Shown: in pieces, positions 6,436-8,704 of the stretch
Layout: each line of letters begins with the position of its first letter
How positions within the stretch are numbered: the first letter of the stretch is position 1
Source: a virus
Taxonomy: Duplodnaviria > Heunggongvirae > Uroviricota > Caudoviricetes
IMG/VR virus record: IMGVR_UViG_2713896905_000005
Location: 1-8,704 of that record
Strand: one strand, 5' to 3'
Length of the DNA: 8,704 nt
Position numbers and translations under genes: made by a program
The notes under the pieces: model-generated
Told to the model about the DNA's origin: nothing
What the model saw: the letters and a program-made list of their open reading frames with translations, nothing else
The model's database searches: none

Positions 6436-6531
6436 TCAAATAAGTGGTTTGCTGCCTAATTTCATTTTCTGGCGACCAACACAAGTCACACCCATTTCAC
6501 TGCGTGGCTTGCGGTAGTAAATTAGGTTTGT
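6436..6531 (-). pseudogene. Remnant of an N antiterminator 3' end (…IYYRKPRSEMGVTCVGRQKMKLGSKPLI*), without the 5' part
   Basis: Minus-strand frame between the tL1-like terminator and orf28 encodes a peptide very like the lambda N C-terminus as recalled (…GITCSGRQKIKGKSIPLI) and the intact N here (…IYYKDSNPLGNKIHAVQKIKLYSKLP). The frame is closed by TGA at 6532-6534, so no N-terminal part or start is present. Confidence 0.5.
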
Positions 6532-6536
6532 TCAGA

Positions 6537-6561
6537 CAATAAAAAACCCACCGAAGTGGGC
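6537..6561 (-). terminator. Rho-independent terminator (tL1-like), minus strand
   Basis: Hairpin CCCAC-CGAA-GTGGG (6547-6560) immediately after the ORF stop at 6561-6563, followed on the minus strand by UUUUUUAUUG (6546-6537). Confidence 0.65.
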
Positions 6562-6899
6562 TATGACCATTTTTTATTTGGATTTCGTTGGTGAGCGTGA
6601 TTAACAACTCTGTGCATTACATCCTCATATTTTTCATCTTCAATTTTTTCGACATCGCGAGGAAATGGTGTTGCTAATGCTTTGTCAACTTTGTCCATTG
6701 GGTCTTCATTAATCTTATATTCAGGGCCATCATCTATAGCATTAAATCCAGGTGTTACACCGTTTTTTAATGCATATGCTATCCTTTTTTCCCATCTCGC
6801 TATTCTCCTCCTGTCTCGAGATGTAAGACCTCTATCAGATACTTTTCTGTTTTGTCCGCGGTCAGGATTAACATAAATAGTCTTTTTCACCATAAGCAT
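6561..6899 (-). CDS. Hypothetical protein, about 112 aa, basic N-terminal half (RDRRRIARWEKR) and acidic C-terminal half, located between N and the tL1-like terminator
   Basis: Open frame begins 2 nt after the N stop. The track start is TTG at 6905; first ATG is at 6899 (MLMVKK…), second at 6893. No strong SD, so likely coupled to N translation. Stop abuts the terminator hairpin. Confidence 0.55.
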   Translation of the reverse strand: MLMVKKTIYVNPDRGQNRKVSDRGLTSRDRRRIARWEKRIAYALKNGVTPGFNAIDDGPEYKINEDPMDKVDKALATPFPRDVEKIEDEKYEDVMHRVVNHAHQRNPNKKWS

Positions 6900-6901
6900 A
6901 C

Positions 6902-7207
6902 TCAATAAGCACCGTACGGTAGTTTACTGTACAATTTTATTTTTTGGACTGCATGTATTTTGTTTCCTAATGGGTTTGAATCTTTGTAATAAATACTTCT
7001 ATTTTTTCGAACGACTTCTTCTTTCTTCTTGCAGCAAAGGCATCCTAGCGATGCTGCTTTGTCTGCTCTGACGCAACCAGAGAGCTTTAGCGCAATTTTT
7101 CGCGCCAGTGCTTCATTACTGCGTCGCTCGGCAATAAGTTCTGCTCTGCGAGCTTTGTAGCGGCTTTTTGCCGTACCTTTGGATTCTTTCCAGACAATGG
7201 TTACCAT
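6902..7207 (-). CDS. N: N-type transcription antiterminator, 101 aa, with a phage-21-type arginine-rich motif
   Basis: ATG at 7207 with AAGGAG about 8 nt upstream. N-terminus MVTIVWKESKGTAKSRYKARRAELIAERR contains the phi21 N ARM peptide as recalled. Located just downstream of nutL and PL. The track's 10-codon extension (ATG 7237) has no SD. Confidence 0.8.
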   Translation of the reverse strand: MVTIVWKESKGTAKSRYKARRAELIAERRSNEALARKIALKLSGCVRADKAASLGCLCCKKKEEVVRKNRSIYYKDSNPLGNKIHAVQKIKLYSKLPYGAY

Positions 7208-7317
7208 GATGGTCTCCTTTAAGTGGCTTTGGCGCATGACGCGTCGAGGTGCTTATCTTCTCGATCGCTGTCTTGCAGCTGCAATTCGCGCCATCCCCAA
7301 AACCACTCAAGTTCTGG

Positions 7318-7358
7318 TCTCAACGGTTAGGTTGAGAGTCCGTCGATGTTAAAGAGCC
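7318..7358 (-). promoter_or_regulatory. nutL: boxA (GGCTCTTTAACA) plus boxB hairpin (UCUCAAC-CUAACC-GUUGAGA)
   Basis: Minus strand reads GGCTCTTTAACA (7358-7347), a 9-nt spacer, then a perfect 7-bp stem with a 6-nt loop (7337-7318). Sits between the PL candidate and N. Confidence 0.6.
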
Positions 7359-7403
7359 TGCCAATCTGTTCCGTTTGGCTTCCAGCGTCCTGCTGATGGC
7401 TTA

Positions 7404-7457
7404 AATTTAAGACTTCTTAATTTATTGGTCAAGTGCATTTTTGAAGAAAACTTAATT
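7404..7457 (-). promoter_or_regulatory. PL promoter candidate with OL operators of P22 type
   Basis: Minus strand: -35 TTGACC (7432-7427), 17-bp spacer, -10 TAAATT (7409-7404). Two 18-bp sites fit the P22 operator pattern ANTNAAG-N4-CTTNANT: ATTTAAGACTTCTTAATT (7405-7422) and, with one mismatch, TTTGAAGAAAACTTAATT (7440-7457). Confidence 0.5.
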
Positions 7458-7501
7458 TTATGGGCGTGAATTTAGTTTGTCTTTGATTTTTAACGGGAAA
7501 T

Positions 7502-7521
7502 AAAAAAGGGGCGAAAGCCCC
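7502..7521 (-). terminator. Rho-independent terminator directly after the repressor gene, minus strand
   Basis: GGGGC-GAAA-GCCCC hairpin (7508-7521) abutting the cI stop (7522-7524), followed on the minus strand by UUUUUUA (7507-7501). Confidence 0.6.
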
Positions 7522-8172
7522 TTAAGGAAGGTTTGCTAGCTTGGCATCAACGACAACGCCAATGATTTTACAGTTCCCATTGATTTCAATCATTGGGTAT
7601 TGTGGATTGAGTGGTTTCAGGAATTTTCTACCGGCATCAATAACTAACTTTTTGAATGTCGCCTCGTTTTCTCCTTCAAGTTTGGCGACTACCAACTTTC
7701 CATTACGTGGTTCGACTTCTGGGTCGACGAGAATAATCATCCCCTCAGGAATACTCAGTCCTGCCGGGGCAGTCATTGAATCGCCTTTAACGTCGAGCCA
7801 AAAAGAGTCTTCAGAACAATCTACCGTTGTGTCGTACCAGTTATCTATTGCACGCCTATGATATGGCTCTACAGCTTCCATCCAACATCCTGCGCTTACC
7901 CAACTAATTAGAGGATACGAACCTCTTGGATCATGCCTGCTGTGATAGGCAATGTTTGAAAGACTATCCTCTCCTTTCAACAGGTAATCAGGGGAGCACT
8001 GCAAAGCCTTGGCTAAGGCCAATAGGTTTTCGCCATTGGGCTCAGTTTCAGATCGCTCCCATTGGGAAATAGCAACATTAGACACGCCAACCATCTTGCC
8101 AAGGGCAGCCTGCCTAATCTTGAGTTCTTTTCTGCGAGCGCGAATACGCTCACCCATCAGTTGTGTATTCAT
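7522..8172 (-). CDS. cI: Prophage repressor, P22 c2 type, 216 aa (N-terminal HTH domain, C-terminal LexA-like self-cleavage domain)
   Basis: Near-identical over its length to the P22 c2 repressor as recalled (MNTQLMGERIRARRK…QAALGKMVGVSNVAISQWERSE… and …GDSM…KLANLP). Divergent from cro across an operator region. Confidence 0.93.
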   Translation of the reverse strand: MNTQLMGERIRARRKELKIRQAALGKMVGVSNVAISQWERSETEPNGENLLALAKALQCSPDYLLKGEDSLSNIAYHSRHDPRGSYPLISWVSAGCWMEAVEPYHRRAIDNWYDTTVDCSEDSFWLDVKGDSMTAPAGLSIPEGMIILVDPEVEPRNGKLVVAKLEGENEATFKKLVIDAGRKFLKPLNPQYPMIEINGNCKIIGVVVDAKLANLP

Positions 8173-8238
8173 AGTTAAGACATCTTAAATAAACTTGACT
8201 TAAGATTCCTTTGGTGGATAATTTAAGTGTTCTTTAAT
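8173..8238. promoter_or_regulatory. OR operator region with PR (rightward) and presumably PRM (leftward)
   Basis: Three sites fitting ANTNAAG-N4-CTTNANT: AGTTAAGACATCTTAAAT (8173-8190), ACTTAAGATTCCTTTGGT (8198-8215, imperfect right half), ATTTAAGTGTTCTTTAAT (8221-8238). PR: -35 TTGACT (8195-8200), 17-bp spacer, -10 ATAATT (8218-8223), upstream of cro. PRM hexamers were not individually located. Confidence 0.7.
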
Positions 8239-8252
8239 TTCGGAGCGAGTCT

Positions 8253-8438
8253 ATGTACAAAAAAGATGTTATTGACCACTTCGGAACCCAGCGTGCTGTT
8301 GCTAAAGCACTAGGCATTAGCGATGCAGCAGTCTCTCAGTGGAAAGAAGTTATCCCAGAGAAAGACGCCTATCGATTGGAAATCGTTACAGCTGGCGCCC
8401 TGAAGTATCAAGAAAGTGCTTACCGCCAAGCGGCATAA
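8253..8438 (+). CDS. cro: Cro repressor, P22 type, 61 aa
   Basis: ATG at 8253 with GGAG 7-8 nt upstream. Sequence MYKKDVIDHFGTQRAVAKALGISDAAVSQWKE… matches P22 Cro as recalled; divergent from cI. Confidence 0.9.
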   Translation: MYKKDVIDHFGTQRAVAKALGISDAAVSQWKEVIPEKDAYRLEIVTAGALKYQESAYRQAA

Positions 8439-8445
8439 GCAAATT

Positions 8446-8487
8446 GCTCTTTAACAGTTCTGGCCTTTCACCTCTAACCGGGTGAGC
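8446..8487 (+). promoter_or_regulatory. nutR: boxA (TGCTCTTTAACA) plus boxB-like hairpin with a CUAACC loop
   Basis: GCTCTTTAACA (8447-8457) is identical to the nutL boxA core. Ten nt downstream a stem (8468-8474 with 8481-8487, including G-U pairs) encloses loop CUAACC (8475-8480), identical to the nutL boxB loop. Lies between cro and the cII-like gene. Confidence 0.55.
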
Positions 8488-8553
8488 AAACATCAGCGGC
8501 AAATCCATTGGGTGTGCCGCTATAACTCAATATCAATATAGGAAAATTAACAA

Positions 8554-8704
8554 ATGGCACAAGCAAGCTACAGCAAGCCAACACAGCGAGAAATTGATCG
8601 CGCAGAAACAGATTTACTCATCAACCTGTCAACGCTTACACAGCGCGGTCTGGCAAAGATGATTGGCTGTCATGAATCGAAGATAAGCAGAACGGACTGG
8701 AGAT
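8554..8704 (+). CDS. cII/c1-like transcriptional activator, N-terminal 50 codons (partial, continues beyond the window)
   Basis: ATG at 8554 downstream of cro and nutR. HTH-like segment …LSTLTQRGLAKMIGCHESKISRTDW resembles the lambda CII DNA-binding region (…TEKTAEAVGVDKSQISRWKRDW, recalled). Confidence 0.65.
   Translation, partial: MAQASYSKPTQREIDRAETDLLINLSTLTQRGLAKMIGCHESKISRTDWR

Noticed and set aside
6541-6580. Plus-strand terminator activity of the tL1-like hairpin
   Set aside because: On the plus strand the T-run is separated from the stem by about 10 nt, so it is unlikely to terminate efficiently in that direction.
6902-7237. Longer N model starting at ATG 7237 (MRQSHLKETIM…)
   Set aside because: No SD upstream of 7237, whereas ATG 7207 has AAGGAG and begins at the recalled phi21 N N-terminus (MVTIVWK…).
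1-8704. CRISPR arrays, tRNA or rRNA genes, IS elements, integrase or att sites
   Set aside because: No spaced direct-repeat arrays, cloverleaf-capable segments, terminal inverted repeats or transposase/integrase-like ORFs were seen; the integration module would lie beyond the left edge.

Overview
The window reads as the immunity and early-left (PL) region of a lambdoid enterobacterial prophage, with a mosaic make-up. At the right end is a P22-type immunity cassette: c2-like repressor (7522-8172, minus), the OR/PR/PRM operator region (8173-8238), cro (8253-8438, plus), nutR and the start of a cII/c1-like activator (8554 onward). Leftward from PL/OL and nutL runs one long minus-strand operon: a phage-21-type N antiterminator, a 112-aa cargo ORF, a tL1-like terminator, a remnant of a second N 3' end, a 28-codon acidic micro-ORF, a Ral-like 66-aa protein, two small hypotheticals, an internal terminator, cIII-like and kil/arf-position small ORFs, a Rad52/Sak-type annealing protein with an Erf-like tail, and SSB. 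Beyond SSB (83-3794) lies a block of about nine tightly coupled genes with no function I can assign; this is the likeliest place for an undescribed accessory or anti-defence function, but I could not identify a named system. All protein identifications rest on recalled family sequences and motifs, not on searches. No tRNA, rRNA, CRISPR array or IS element was seen. The supplied ORF track uses GTG/TTG as well as ATG starts, so several starts were re-chosen from RBS and stop/start overlap evidence.
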